Origin: Selaginella moellendorffii
Taxonomy: Eukaryota > Plantae > Lycopodiophyta
DNA length: 64,000 nt
Direction: 5' to 3'
Assembly: GCF_000143415.4 (NCBI RefSeq)
Contig: NW_003314263.1
Coordinates: forward strand, 4,346,466 to 4,410,465
Shown: in pieces, positions 1 through 12,689 of the stretch
Layout of the letters: every line of letters starts with the position of its first letter
How positions within the stretch are numbered: the first letter of the stretch is position 1
Translations under genes and position numbers: made by a program
Notes under the pieces: model-generated
The model's database searches: none
What the model saw: the letters and a program-made list of their open reading frames with translations, nothing else
What the model was told of the DNA's origin: nothing

Positions 1-2166
1 TTGTAAAGTATTCCTTTCTAATCTGTACAAAGGCGTTCTTGATATATAACATGTTTTTGGTCAAGTGGAACATGGTTATTATATAAGATACTTGGCAAAA
101 AACTTCCAAAAAGAGTTTAAACGTTTTAAGTTTGTTCATCATCTATGGAAAGTTGCTTGATTTATCTCTTTAGCTTTTTTGAAAAGGCAATGAGTGAAAT
201 GCATTGGAAAAGGGACGATACAACCTTATGAGTGTTATTTAATATAGATAAAAGGCATTGAGTAACTAATTTTTTTGAGGGAGAATGTTTTGAACATTTG
301 ATGTTCAATGTAACAAAGTCTCTCAATGTTACTTGAGGCATGTGAGTGGCATGCTAGAAATCATTAGATTAAAGTTGATAACTTAATTCTTCAAGTAATG
401 AAGTTTGGATGATATTAGTGATATGGCTTCCACTAGTTTAGTGAAACTTAGATTTGTGAAGTATGAAGTTGTGCTTGCTACTTCTACATCATTAGTCTAG
501 TTGATATAACAGTATTCAAGATTCACTTGGAGCACCACATTCAAATTGTAAGGCTTGTTGAAAAGACTTTGATTCACAAAAGATTAATATTCCATGTGTT
601 TATGCAATTATAACTATCATATTTAGAAAGAATATATGTAATTCTACACCCATCCTTGCTACTCACTTGAGGCTTATTGTGGGGCATAAATAGATGATAT
701 ATATAGTAGCTAATTTAATTAGTTTATTTTGTTTTTATTTCTATTATATTTGTTGTTCTCTTGAATATATGTTAATAAGTAAAATATTCTAGAATATTTT
801 AGTTGAAAAGGTTGAGTAAGGGTTTTTTTTGTAATATTTAAATTTTATTGCAGAAAAATTGTAAATTTGGAAATTTTAGTTAGTCTTGGAGCTAGGCAAA
901 ATATGTTCTCTATTGAGCATTATTTAAGGGTTTTAAAATATTTGGTAAATAAAAACTTGAAGGATCTATAGCTGGATTTTTATATGCACAATATTTTAGT
1001 GCTAATTTGGTTACTAGTATTCCGCAGTTTATATCTCTATTTGATTATAGTAGCATTTGATTGCAACATTCAGGAAAACAAATTCAACATAGTTCAAAAG
1101 AGCATGAAAATATTTCTATATATATTTGCATTAATGAAGAGAAAATGTAACCTATCCTTCAAAAGTATCAACAAGCAATAATTAAAAGAGATAATGCAGG
1201 AATGCAATATGTTATTGACCATCCAAATTAATAAGTTCCTGAAAATTTAAGATAACTACCCCTATTACCTAATATGGCTATTATATATCAAATTATACAA
1301 TATGCTATTCAAAGAGGTGAATTAGTATCAAATTTCATTAAGGATTTGGGTAATGGATCCACTATTATGGTAAGTAATAATTAATATTAATTCATTATTA
1401 ATTAATTTCAAACTTTAGACTATGAGTTATGCAATATATTGTATTGATGGAAAGCATTTTAGAGTTTCTCAAATAGATGCAAATAAGAAAACAATGGATT
1501 AGCATTATAATTATATCAAGAAATCCATAACAGCCTAATATTCATGCATTTTGAACTATCTAGTTTTTATAACTTTTATCTATGAGGTAAAATTTGGATC
1601 ATTTATGAAAATTATTTTTAAAGTTTAGTGTTTCAATATTAAAGTAGGAACAGTGAAAATGGAGGAAAATCATATGCCATCCATAATAAGCTTTGGATGG
1701 GAATAATTTTATATATTCAAAGTTTTATGAATAAAAATATATCCATAGAGTCCAAAATTCTTAGCAAAGGGAAATGCTATCAAAAAGATATCAAACCACA
1801 AGAAAAAATTTTAATTGGGTTTGCAAGGATCCAAATTCAAACTTCTACAATGTTTCTAAATGAGAAGAGCTGATTCAGTATATAAAAAATTATTTCGGTG
1901 GAGGTATAAGGAAAATCTAAATAGGAGAATGATTGCTCTTACAACATTGCACATGTATTGATTGATTGATCAATACAAAAAGGGAATGTAGGTGTGTAAA
2001 GAATTGAATTTTTGTTTATAAAACTTAATTTGCTAAATAAAGAAATGTTTTATAAATATCAAATTTTATATGTGTATAAGAAAACTAAAATTCTAAATAA
2101 TATAAGGGATTAAAAAATTAGATAGATAAATCACAATACTTATCTTAAATTTTTAGTTAATTAGTA

Positions 2167-2592
2167 TTAACTGTTACAAAAAGACTCAAAATTATAAAAT
2201 TCTACACTATTTGAATTTTCAAGATGATGAAAACAGCCTATAAATGACCAATTATTCCAGCCATACCAATTATCAATTATATAATATGCTTGGCTAGTAA
2301 AAATTATAATTTTGTAAGTTTCACTAGACCCATTTGTTAGATCAACATGATATTCTCTATTATCAATTATAGGATCTGGATCTTGGTGGAATTTAAACTT
2401 GTTTGATTCTTTATACATAAATATATTTACTTTTTTTCCATAAATACCTATCATTCTATTTAAAATGCATAACATAAGTTTTTCCCAATCAGAATCCTCA
2501 CAAATTAAATCATTTAAACTTTCTAAACTTTGTGCAAAAGCTATAATAGATAGAATAGAGAAAAAAAGCAATACAAAATTCATCTCTTTCAT
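2167..2592 (-). CDS. Small secreted protein, probably YvgO-like (141 aa, intronless)
   Basis: Intact ORF in very AT-rich DNA with an N-terminal hydrophobic signal peptide (MKEMNFVLLFFSILSIIAFA). C-terminal YKIIIF...GWNNWSFIGCF...SVEF resembles the YGIWVF...GWINWAFRGWF...TVAF pattern of Bacillus YvgO as I recall it. Confidence 0.55.
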   Translation of the reverse strand: MKEMNFVLLFFSILSIIAFAQSLESLNDLICEDSDWEKLMLCILNRMIGIYGKKVNIFMYKESNKFKFHQDPDPIIDNREYHVDLTNGSSETYKIIIFTSQAYYIIDNWYGWNNWSFIGCFHHLENSNSVEFYNFESFCNS

Positions 2593-3672
2593 TCAAAAAC
2601 TTTAAGCTGTAAATCTTTTTTTAATATAGCATGCTAGCTGTAAATGAAAATAAAAAGTTTGTACTTTTTGTGAAAACATATTGTAATCAGATAAAATAAG
2701 TTTCATAAGCCAAGCTTATAGCCAAGCTTGAAATTCAAAAGTGGAAAGGATTTTGGCCAACAATCTCCAAATATCTTGATAACATAGACAACACTTTCAC
2801 CAGCACAAAAGTGGCTGGCAATTGAATTGTGCAATAGATAGTATGCAACTTTGAATCATTGTATTAAATATCATCAATAGAGGTGATTTAACACTTTCTG
2901 CATCTCAACAGTGGAAAAAGAATCATCGAGAATTGACCTTTCCAGGCTGTACATGGAATGCTGGAATGGTCCAAACTGTGTTCACTAGAGACTTGGAATG
3001 CAATTATAGATGCTTACAGTGCTGGATGTGCCATTCATTCTATAAATGTACCCTAGTTACAATCATCTCAGCATTGTTTGTATTCATGAACTGAAAGTGA
3101 TCCTCTCAATCTTGATTTCTTTCATTCTGTTGAAGATGGGGTAGCTAACAATTTCTCCCTATTTCCTCATCGATCCACAGAATCAAAGGGGAAGAATCTT
3201 CACTCCTGTGAAGCTAAATACACGACAATGCCGGGTTAGTGAGAATCCATCCATTGCTTGTGGATTTCTATTGGGGGATCCCTGCCTCCCAGGAACATGG
3301 CTTGGTTGGGTTATGCAGTTGATCATCTTCTACTTCATCACATTCAACAACCTCTCTCGCCCTTGGCCGCTTGATGGTGCATAGCTTTGGCTGGCTGCGA
3401 GCTCACATTATTCACTGTTGCTGTCCTAGTCCTTGCTTGTTTTTATGGCTCACAACTTCGGCTGGCAGCAAGCTTGAATTATGCATTTCCAGTGCTGGCA
3501 CAGCATAAAAACACAGTGGATCCATGCATACAATACACAATCCTTGAAAGATCCCAAGATGTTGTGTTAGTACTCCGTCTTGCTTGCTGGTTGTGTTGAC
3601 TATGCTCTGGACACTCTAGGACATCTATCTCCTCCCAAACTACTTTACTTCTCAGGTAGGGTAATAAGCTAG

Positions 3673-3696
3673 AAGCTCTATTTCATTAAAGTGGGA
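3673..3696 (+). repeat. Left TIR
   Basis: Reverse complement of 19936-19959 with 2 mismatches. A subterminal inverted copy TCCCACTT lies at 3707-3714. Confidence 0.85.
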
Positions 3697-4113
3697 ATTG
3701 TCATTATCCCACTTGTAAAATAAGGTTTCCAAACCTTTATATAGTATATAAATATAACAAAATTCAACTGCATTGAGGCACATGCCATTTTATTTTAAAC
3801 AAGGAAATGTCTACTCAATCACTTCTCCTCCCCCTGCCACTGCTTCACCTCTCTCTTCTCCTTGTCATCGTCGTCCAATTTCTTTCCATCCTTTTAATAT
3901 TGGCTCAGTTGCTCCGAGTCTAGGTGGAGCCCAAGTCCCCATTCAATCTTACTTTCCCCTTATTAATAAAACAACTTCGTAGACTTCCAATAATATGCTG
4001 TAACACTTCTAGTATAATGCAAATCCTCTCAAAGAATTGTCTTTTAATATTAATACAATGGCATGGAACCCCATGCCATAATAAGTTACATTTTTAAATA
4101 AATACATGCCATC

Positions 4114-4976
4114 TCAGATTGTTATTTTTTGCCTCCAACGCCTATACAATAATCTTGGAATTTCATCACTCTCCACACTATCAGGATTTAAACCCAATAG
4201 TAATGCCATCTCTTCTCTAATACGTCCACGCTCATGTTCAGTGGTCGAAGAACCCATCCGGTTGAGCAGATTATGGAGATACGGATAGTGCTTGGCTAGA
4301 CAATATACATGCCATAAATGATGACTGGTGTCTGTCCGATCAAATGGCTTCTGATATACCGTTCCATCTGCCATTTGGTTGATTTCTGCAGCCACCTCCT
4401 GGACTGGCCGGTTCTCTATCACCATCGCTCCAAGCCGTTTTGCAAGGTCCCCCAGAACATACGGTTTCTTCTCCCTAGTTTCCATACTGCAAGAGATGGG
4501 GTGCACTGCATATGTGTGCGTGTTTGCTGCAGTTTTAATCGGCGAGTCATCGATGATGAGGATTTCACTTGACCTAGAAGTCCAGTTCATCACTACAACC
4601 TCTGGCTTGACGAAGATGGGCTTGCTACCCCTCACATGGACCATAGTCAAGCAATCCTCCTGCGTTAGGAGAAAGTCAAATGGTAATATTACTCGCGTCT
4701 GATCGTGCATCATCTGTAGCAACGTTAATGCATTGTGGCGCATCATGGATGTCCAAACTCCCAATTGCAAATTGAACCCGGCCCTCTGTTTTAAGTGACG
4801 CATGGTCATTATTAGATCCCGCAGTTTCTCCCGTGTGATTAATGTGAATCTGTCTCTTTTGACCAACTTGCGACCACAGGCTTTGGAGGGTGTAGTGACA
4901 TTCGAGGACGAGCCATGCTCATGGGAGAAAAGGACACCGTTCAGATCAAAAACGATACAGTACCTTCGCCGTGACT
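4114..4976 (-). CDS. FCP1/NIF-like HAD phosphatase domain (last exon of the cargo gene)
   Basis: CIVFDLNGVL (motif I, DxNG variant), LGVWTS (motif II), FVK, ILIIDDSPIK..N (motif IV). Confidence 0.8.
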
Positions 4977-7900
4977 CTGAAATGAAATGCGTCAGCATAA
5001 AAAATGGTACAAGTCAATTTTACCATCTACAATATTAGCGAATGGTGCTCCCAATGGTCGTTGAGAGGGTTTTGGTCGAGGAAACATGAAGGGCGGAAAT
5101 ACTCTCCTCTGCAATGTGGGGTCAATCGCATCCGATGGCGTGTGGGCACATGCCATTTCAGCTGTAGACTTTGGTACAACTGGCTCAACAGTGGCATGGG
5201 ATGGTTCCGATGGCGTGTGATCACACTCCATTTCAGCTGGTGCCTCCGTTGGCAAAGTGGACATGACCGAACAGGCAGCAGGGGCGGTGTAGGGAGGTTC
5301 CAACGGCGCGTAGTTAGATGATTGGGCACACGTTGAGTCCGTTGGAAATGAGGATACGACCGGCTTGGCGGCTGGGGCGGCCTCATGCGGGTCCAATGGC
5401 GCCTGGTCACCGTCAGTTGGATACGTGGACAAGATTGACTCAATGGTATGGGCAGCATCAAGTGGAGCGTGGTCAACTTGCTTGGCGTTGATATGGATAG
5501 TAGCCTCCACCAGCTCTAATGACTCTTGCAGGCAAGTAGAGTCCACTGGCGGATCCATATGCATATCCAAATATCTCCCTTCGATTGAGATGGTATCCTC
5601 CCGTGCTACTAAAAACAAACTCATTAGCACATTGAATCGACTATACTGTATTTACCATCAACTGCTATTGAGGAACTAGGACCGATATCACTTGGGCGCA
5701 CTGCTGATTCTGAAGGATTGGACATACGTTTCGACCCTTGCTTGGCACTATCCTTCCTCGACACTAAAGGCTAGAGTTTGTATCTTAATTCAACTGAATA
5801 ATCTCTACTTACCATTTAATCTGCGACCTACATGGACAATGTTAGAAATGGTAAAAGGTTAGGAATGGATGTACTATTATTTACCTGATGGTTTGTCTTG
5901 TATGACCTTCCTCCGCTGCTCTTTGGCCACCTCAGACTGGCCATCGTCGTCATCATCGTTGTCGTCGTTATTGTGATCGTCACCATTGTGAGGACCATCC
6001 AAGTCCTCTTCGTCCTCCTCCTCTTCGTCCTCCTCTTCTTCGTCCTCCTCTTCTTTGTCCTCCTCTTCGTCCTTTTGCTCTTCCTGCTCATTATCTTTCT
6101 CTGGCTCCTCATCCCCCTCCTGCATTTCTTCCATAGGCTGCTCAGGCTGGATGGCTTGTTCTTCCAGGACCATCTTAGGAAAATCATCTGGCCGAGTCTC
6201 CATCTCAAAATACAAGACATCCATAGCCTGTTTTAGTGCGTGACCTAGGACCGTATCCTCACCCGACTGTCTTAACATGGTTTCTGCACGTTCTTGCACC
6301 CTTCGAAGATGACGAGATGAGAAAAACGTGGCCCTGACTTGAAAAGCATCCCTCATCCATTGTACCTTTCCATTGAGATTGGGGAAGGGGAGTCCGCCAT
6401 AGGAATCTGAGTCAGGAGGTGGTGACTGGCTGCTTTCACTCAGCCCTTGATCTGCAATGAATGGCATGAGCACACACGCCATAACCGCGAGGCATTACCT
6501 ATCATCTTTTTGTTGCCCTTCTTCCTTTTCGAATCAAACGCCTCTGATCCCGACGACTATCCAATGTGCTTTCGCTTTTTATGACCACTGTCAGTTTGAG
6601 CTTGGCTAGTGCTTGCTTGTTTTGCCTTTGAAGAAGTGTCTCCTACAAGGAATGGCATGAGACCACACGCCATTGCAAATATAATTTGTACCTCCTTTTT
6701 TCCTATTGCTTGTCTGTTTGTCCTTCTTCGACGCACCACCAGTGCGCTTTTCAATCCTCGTGTCTGAATATTCACAACGATCTATAATCAAAATGGCGTG
6801 AGGCCTCACGTGACCTTAACTTGTGCAGGTTGTGAGCTCGGCCCAACATGGGTATCTTCAACAGTAGCTGTTAACGTCGTTTCAGCATCTGGGGGTGGCC
6901 ACGCTCCTGCATACAGAGCTTGTGAGATAACATTTAAACTTAAAGTGCGTACTCACCAGGTTCGCAGAGAAGATACTGTTTTTCTTTGGCAACTGTAATT
7001 ATATGCTCCATTGAAGTCACCTCTTCAATGGAGTTTGTCACCGCAACACACGGGACACCCTTGAGTAGTGTGGCTTGAAAGAATAGTCCGCCGCAGTTGT
7101 ACTCGACAACGCATTTGCCCTTGGAGTCACCCGCTATTGTGTTGAAGACCCAACTGAGCATTTCCCATGCTGCACCTGGAGCTTTCTCTGGATTTGAAAG
7201 CTCCATAGCCGTCTTCAGTTCCTCAGGCACAGGTAAATTGACCTCCCTCAAATCAATTCGATCAGCCTTGTCGAACGAAGCTGGGAAGTCACTCCAGTCC
7301 CACTCTGCTGCAGGACCAATAACAAGGGCGAGTGTGAAGATGTGGACATTCGTCGATATCTTCTTCTTAGCCATTATCCCTGAAAACTCCTGGACTCTCT
7401 GGACTAGGAGGAAAACGTCCACACGAGATCTTCCTAGGAGATTCAAATCTAATCTAGTCCCTAAATCTATAACTACACTACAAGAAGAATGCACTTACCT
7501 GCTTGTGCCGAGCCAAGTTGAGACTGTGAACAAGAGCTTGAAGGTGCTAGTCCCACGCCTTTGATCCCTTGAAGGCGGTGGGTAAGTAAGACATTGCTGT
7601 GAATAGCCAAAGAGATAGGCAGAATGACGATGTATTGCAATGTATTTTGTATTAGGGATAAGTCTAAAAACATTCTAAGTCCTACTTTTATAGTCGCTAC
7701 TGCTCACGTCAAGGTTAGGAATACAGTCCTAACCTTGAACCTCTCAAATTTACTTTCCTAAGCTTGAATCCTCGAGCTTGTCTTTTTCTCCCTTCTCCAC
7801 TCTCCCATGACTGCCTTGTGCTGCGTCCCGCAGTCACTGCTCCATTGCTGCATCGTGGGTAGCTGCTCCCTCATGCGGTTCCTCCTCCTCTTCCTCCTCT

Positions 7901-8002
7901 TCATAAGTCTGAGCTGCTTCCTCGAGTGCGCGAATTCTTTCTTTTGCTGCGAGCAGCTCCTTGTTGAGCCTTGCATTTTCCTGCTCGTACTGCTGCGCAA
8001 GA

Positions 8003-9202
8003 TCAAAAGATTCCTTGATATCGAAGATTAGGCTCTCGACGAGAAGTATTCTTGATTCTTGAAACTTCCATTGTATTCCTAAATCGGCAATTCTTGGCTA
8101 TATGGCCTTCTCTTTCACAAATTTGACACTTTGGAAACTGTAACTTGCATTCCGAATATGTATGTCCCTCGTTTTTACATTTTGTACACCACACTCCTGC
8201 TTTGAGTTCGGTTTGCGAGATTTTCCTGATTATATCCTTCAAGTCTTGGTCTTTTGGTGTTTTCTTCTTTGTCTTAATGCGTATTTCTTCCTCTTCTTCA
8301 TCATCTGAACCGTCATCGGTTTGTGAAGGTATAGCTTTTGTAAATTGCTTGAATCTCTTTTCCAATGTGAGGATTTCTTTGGAGAGTGTATCAACACTTT
8401 CATCATCTGGATTCTCTGTTGCAGCAGCAATTGCTACCATGTTTCTATAGATTTCTTTTAGTCCTTGGATATAGGATAAGCTCTTTCCTTTATCTGTTAT
8501 CAAATCCTTGCAGCGCTTTGCATGAAACTTAAATCTTCGAGTGTAATCTTGAATTCCTTCACGTGATTTTTGCTTGAAGTTTTTGATGATCTCATAGTGT
8601 TCTTCTGGAGTTCCACCGGTCTGGAATTGCTCCTTGAATTGTGTGACCTTTTCATCATGGGTCAAAGCATCATCGAGTGTATTATGCCAATCGAGTGCTT
8701 TTCCCTTAAGTGTGTATGGGAAAAGTATTTCCTGATGCATTTCCTGTTTGTTCATCTTTACAATTTGATCAAATTGTTTAAGATGCTGGTTTGCATCTTC
8801 GGTTTTTCCACCAGTAAAAATGGGATAGGAAATCATGTTCCCTATGGCTGTCGCTGGGTTGATGATTGCCATTTGTAGTTGTAGACTTTGTTGGTGAAAT
8901 TGTTGTTCTGGTGAGTCTGGAGTTGAGTAAAACTTTGGTGCTATGTATTTGGCTTCTTCAAATGCCTCAAACTTTGGGGCGTCTTCACTATTTAGTTCTT
9001 TGTTATCGTTGGCTGAGTTGCTTGACTCGGCAACTTGAATTTCTTTATCCTCCTTGTCGTACTTCTCTAATATTGTTTCTAAAATTTGTTGCTGTTGTTG
9101 TTCTAGTTTCTCTTTTCCTATCTCTTCCTTTTTCACTTCTCGATTCTTTTGTCGAAGATCTCTTTCCCGGATCTTGATTGGGTCTGGTTTGTGTTTGTAC
9201 AT
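8003..9202 (-). CDS. gag: Retrotransposon Gag (399 aa)
   Basis: Capsid-like YPIFTG..EDA..HL..F...LFPYTLKGKALDW...FKQ...E.IQDY..RF; two CCHC knuckles (CTKCKNEGHTYSEC, CQICEREGHIAKNC). Confidence 0.9.
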   Translation of the reverse strand: MYKHKPDPIKIRERDLRQKNREVKKEEIGKEKLEQQQQQILETILEKYDKEDKEIQVAESSNSANDNKELNSEDAPKFEAFEEAKYIAPKFYSTPDSPEQQFHQQSLQLQMAIINPATAIGNMISYPIFTGGKTEDANQHLKQFDQIVKMNKQEMHQEILFPYTLKGKALDWHNTLDDALTHDEKVTQFKEQFQTGGTPEEHYEIIKNFKQKSREGIQDYTRRFKFHAKRCKDLITDKGKSLSYIQGLKEIYRNMVAIAAATENPDDESVDTLSKEILTLEKRFKQFTKAIPSQTDDGSDDEEEEEIRIKTKKKTPKDQDLKDIIRKISQTELKAGVWCTKCKNEGHTYSECKLQFPKCQICEREGHIAKNCRFRNTMEVSRIKNTSRREPNLRYQGIF

Positions 9203-9448
9203 TCAGTTTGCTGAGTCTTCTCAACTTGATTGTTGAGGTAAGTTTCCTGAATTTTTGTTTTGCCTAAGTTGTCTGTAGTCAAATGTTGTTCTTCATAGAT
9301 TGCAAAGTCAAGCTCTTATGTCTTGAGTCTTCTGCAAGTTTGTTTTTGTAGTAGAAATGCGAAGTCAAGCTCTTGTGTCTTGAGTCTTCAATCGAGTTTT
9401 TCTTTCTCGATTCTTCCCGAGTTTCTTCTCGAGGTCACTTTCCTGAGT

Positions 9449-10366
9449 CTAACTTAGGAAAGGTCTTGTATTTGAAAAATCTGGTGGTGTAAGTAAGTAC
9501 AATTTTGTTTGTAAAAGGAGGTTGGTTGTGTCATATATTGATCGATGTAGCTGTTCGCTAGTGATATTTGGTGCTACTCTCCAAGTTTGGGATCGAGCAG
9601 GTATGCAAACGATTGCAACTCTCTTTAGGAGTCCAATCTTTTCTAAATTCTTGAATAATTGTTTTGGTCTCTTACAATATGTTGGTCGTACGGGAATGCG
9701 AGCTCTCACTATGAGCATTTGTGTTTCCCAGTCGATAGTAATATTTGAAAATGCTGAATACAGCAGTGGTTGTATTTTTAATGTTCTCACTTCTCCTTCT
9801 CCGATTGATACGGGTTTCCAACTTCGTGATTCCTGTATGTTTTTCTTCTCAAATGGTGTCCACACGTTAAGGTATGGATTCCAACAAATTTTTGTTGCTT
9901 TAAGCCTATGCGTGCGCGGATCTATCCAGCGCTCTTTTGCCCACAGTCCTTCCTTTATGTTGAGGTCAGTAAGCTCATGTATTGCGCTTCCAACCGGTGT
10001 AATAAATCCTCTTACAAATTGCTGTCCAAGTATTTCCTGTATTTCTCTAAGCAGGAACCTTGGAATTTCTTCGTAAATTCGAGTGACAGCGTCCCAAGTA
10101 TGCCACTCAACTTCTTCCTTGAGACAAATAAATTCTTGATCGATGTACACGAAAGATCTCCACGAGAGCTCGAAGATGATTCTCCACGTATACAATTCTT
10201 GTTTATCTTGTTTTCCTATAAACTGTGCGCCGTGTATAATAGCGCCGTTGCAAATTGGTGTATAGTTCTCCTTGTCTAATGTGTTGTGAACTAAATTAAA
10301 GATTTGTTCCTGAATCTCAGATGGCAGCTGCCTGATGGCTTCTAAAAAGTTTTGAGAGTCTTGCAT
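9449..10366 (-). CDS. Extra retrotransposon ORF of unknown function (305 aa), with an N-terminal F-box-like LPSEIQEQIF motif
   Basis: Intact ORF between the 5' LTR and gag, on the gag strand. Confidence 0.6.
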   Translation of the reverse strand: MQDSQNFLEAIRQLPSEIQEQIFNLVHNTLDKENYTPICNGAIIHGAQFIGKQDKQELYTWRIIFELSWRSFVYIDQEFICLKEEVEWHTWDAVTRIYEEIPRFLLREIQEILGQQFVRGFITPVGSAIHELTDLNIKEGLWAKERWIDPRTHRLKATKICWNPYLNVWTPFEKKNIQESRSWKPVSIGEGEVRTLKIQPLLYSAFSNITIDWETQMLIVRARIPVRPTYCKRPKQLFKNLEKIGLLKRVAIVCIPARSQTWRVAPNITSEQLHRSIYDTTNLLLQTKLYLLTPPDFSNTRPFLS

Positions 10367-10475
10367 CTATCGAGGGATTTCCTCATCTCGCTAGTCTCTT
10401 GTGCAAGCCCAAAATTTCCATTTTGCGTCATTGTTATCGCTCTCCTCATGTGGGCTACAAAATTTTGGTGATTGT

Positions 10476-11108
10476 TCATTCTCTTTTATCATTCCTCCCC
10501 TTTGGTTCTTTCAATTTGTTGGACAAATTGTGTAAGAGTCGCAAGACTGTTTCTTTGAATTCTTGAAAGCAACTAGTGCTCTGTTTTTCTTCTTTTTTTA
10601 AACTATCATCACTCTTTTTGGTGTCATTTTCGTGGGCTATTTCTTCTCGTTTTCTTCTCTCCCCCGTTGTGGCATTTTCATCCTTGATTCGGAGTCTAGC
10701 TTTTGCTTGCTTGCAAGTGTCACATCGCCATTTTGGATAGCATTGCTTGTACGGTTTTGCACAATTTCTGAAACCACACAAAAGGCAGTCTTTATATCTT
10801 GTACAGCTTGTGTCTCCAAATGGGCAGTCGTGCTTTTTCATTCTTCCTCCATCTCCAGCCGCTAGAATTTTCCCTTGGTCGTTTCCTTATCGCAGATTCT
10901 TGGAATATTCACTTTCTTCAACCTCTCGCCAAAAACAGTTACGCGTACGCTCCAAGTTTTCCACGACTTGGGTGGCTTCAATCTTCAAGTGTTCTTCATC
11001 TTTTGGTCTTACGCTCCATTTTTTTCTTCATTCCTTCATGCTCTTCCACCATTTTTGTTTTACGGTCTTGTTTTTCTTGATTTTTGGGGCTTTTTCTTCC
11101 TATGCCAT
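10476..11108 (-). pseudogene. Cys-rich basic extra ORF upstream of the 305-aa ORF
   Basis: The 121-aa ORF 10476-10841 has seven clustered Cys (CPFGDTSC...CLLC...C...C...CDTC). The same frame extends to an ATG near 11108 through three stops. Confidence 0.45.
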
Positions 11109-12689
11109 TTTCTTGTGCGTCTTTGGTCTGTTTTCCTTGAAGTTTTGGGGGAAATGAGCGTCTTGGTCTGCTCTATTCCATGAGCTCTTCACGCCTCTCT
11201 CATCCCACCGTGGTCGCCAGTGAAAACTCCTGGAATCTCTGGACTGGGAGGAAACGTCCACACGAGATTTTCCTAGGAGTTTCAAATCTAATCTAGTCCC
11301 TAAATCTAAAACTACACTACAAGAAGAATGCACTTACCTGCTTGTGCCAAGCCAAGCTGGGATTGTGAACAAGTGCTTGAAGGTGCTAGTCCCACGCCTT
11401 TGATCCCTTGAAGGCGGTGGGTAAGTAAGACATTGCTGTGAAGAGCTGAAGAGATAGGCAGAAAGACAATGTATTGCAATGTATTTTGTATTAGGGATAA
11501 GTCTAAAAACATTCTAAGTCCTACTTTTATAGTCGCTACTGCTCACGTCAAGGTTAGGAATACAGTCCTAACCTTGAACCTCTCAAATTTACTTTCCTAA
11601 GCTTGAATCCTCGAGCTTGTCTTTTTCTCCCTTCTCCAATCCCATGGATCTCCCGCATCTCCTTGCCTTTCAACCAAGCCTTCACCTCGTTCAAGGCCTT
11701 CCAGAACTTGTGATAGGATTCAGAGTTGTAGATCATATAGTGGACTGAAGATTCCACCTCCGCAAGTCCCACCATTAAGTCAATGATGGAGCTGACTTCG
11801 TCTGCATGAGTGATCTCCTCGTTTGTGAAGTCCATCACACAAAAGATGTTCTTGACTTGCTCATCTCTGCGGGAAACGATGCTCCTCCACCTTTGATCCT
11901 CATCCGAATTCATGTATACCCGGTAAGGTTCTCGATAGGCCTCTGCTGCGGGGTCAAGTTGTTTCTGAAGCCGGCAGTCGACATCCCTCTTAATGAAATT
12001 TGGATACTGATCCAACTTCTCAGCTTTACTTTTCGTGGCATCCCGCAGCAGATCGATGAACTTGGGGGCCCCCTTCACGTACTCGTCGATGTCTTCATTT
12101 GACAACTCCAGCTCTTCCATCATCTCTTGCGTGGTGTTGATGCTCACCCTCTCCATAGCCACTTGCTCGAAGATCCAATCCTTCAATAGCGCACAAGCTC
12201 TCAGAGTCATGCACAAGTCCTCGTATGTCACAATATGGCCGGGAGTCATTTTGGTCTTGTTGAAGACTACCTCACCACGTAGAAGAGCATTAGCCACTGT
12301 CAAAAGGTCATCGTCGTCTAGAGACCGCGAGAAACGCAAGGCGTTGAGCTTCAAATCATTGGGCTTCCGGCCGTCCTCCACACCCATTGAGTTTAGCAAC
12401 TCCCCGTCATGGTACCTCCTCAGCACATCTACCCATTTGTCAAAAACAACTTTTGTCGCGAGTAGAATGTTATGGATGCTGAGTGTGTCATTGACCCCCA
12501 GTGTTTTCGAGAGAAGACTCGAGAATTCCTGCAATGGAAATGGCATGAGGCCACATGCAACGAGGCTTACCTGCCAGGCGCTAGTTGCTAGTGCATATCC
12601 TTGTCTTGGTTTTTGTGGCTTCTTCAGTTGAACCCAGAGCTTCCGTGTTCGTGCCAATGTCTCGTGTAGACCTGATTTGTAGCACGTTT

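Larger units (their letters stand above)
7381..11638 (-). mobile_element. Non-autonomous Ty3/gypsy LTR retrotransposon (gag plus extra ORFs, no pol)
   Basis: TG..CA LTRs at 7381-7799 and 11221-11638; 5-bp TSD ATCCC (7376-7380, 11639-11643); tRNA-Arg-like PBS TGGCGACCACGGTGGGA next to the 5' LTR (11203-11219, - strand); PPT ATGGGAGAG at 7800-7808. Confidence 0.95.

Noticed and set aside
1-2100. Transposase remnants (e.g. YCIDGKHF near 1435)
   Set aside because: Too degraded to delimit or assign with confidence.
5828-6243. Arg/Lys-rich and hydrophobic overlapping ORFs
   Set aside because: Alternative frames of the acidic GAG/GAC-rich exon.
11554-11638. C-terminus GEGRKRQ...GLYS of the 738-aa ORF
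   Set aside because: Read-through into the inserted LTR; the true frame continues at 7375.
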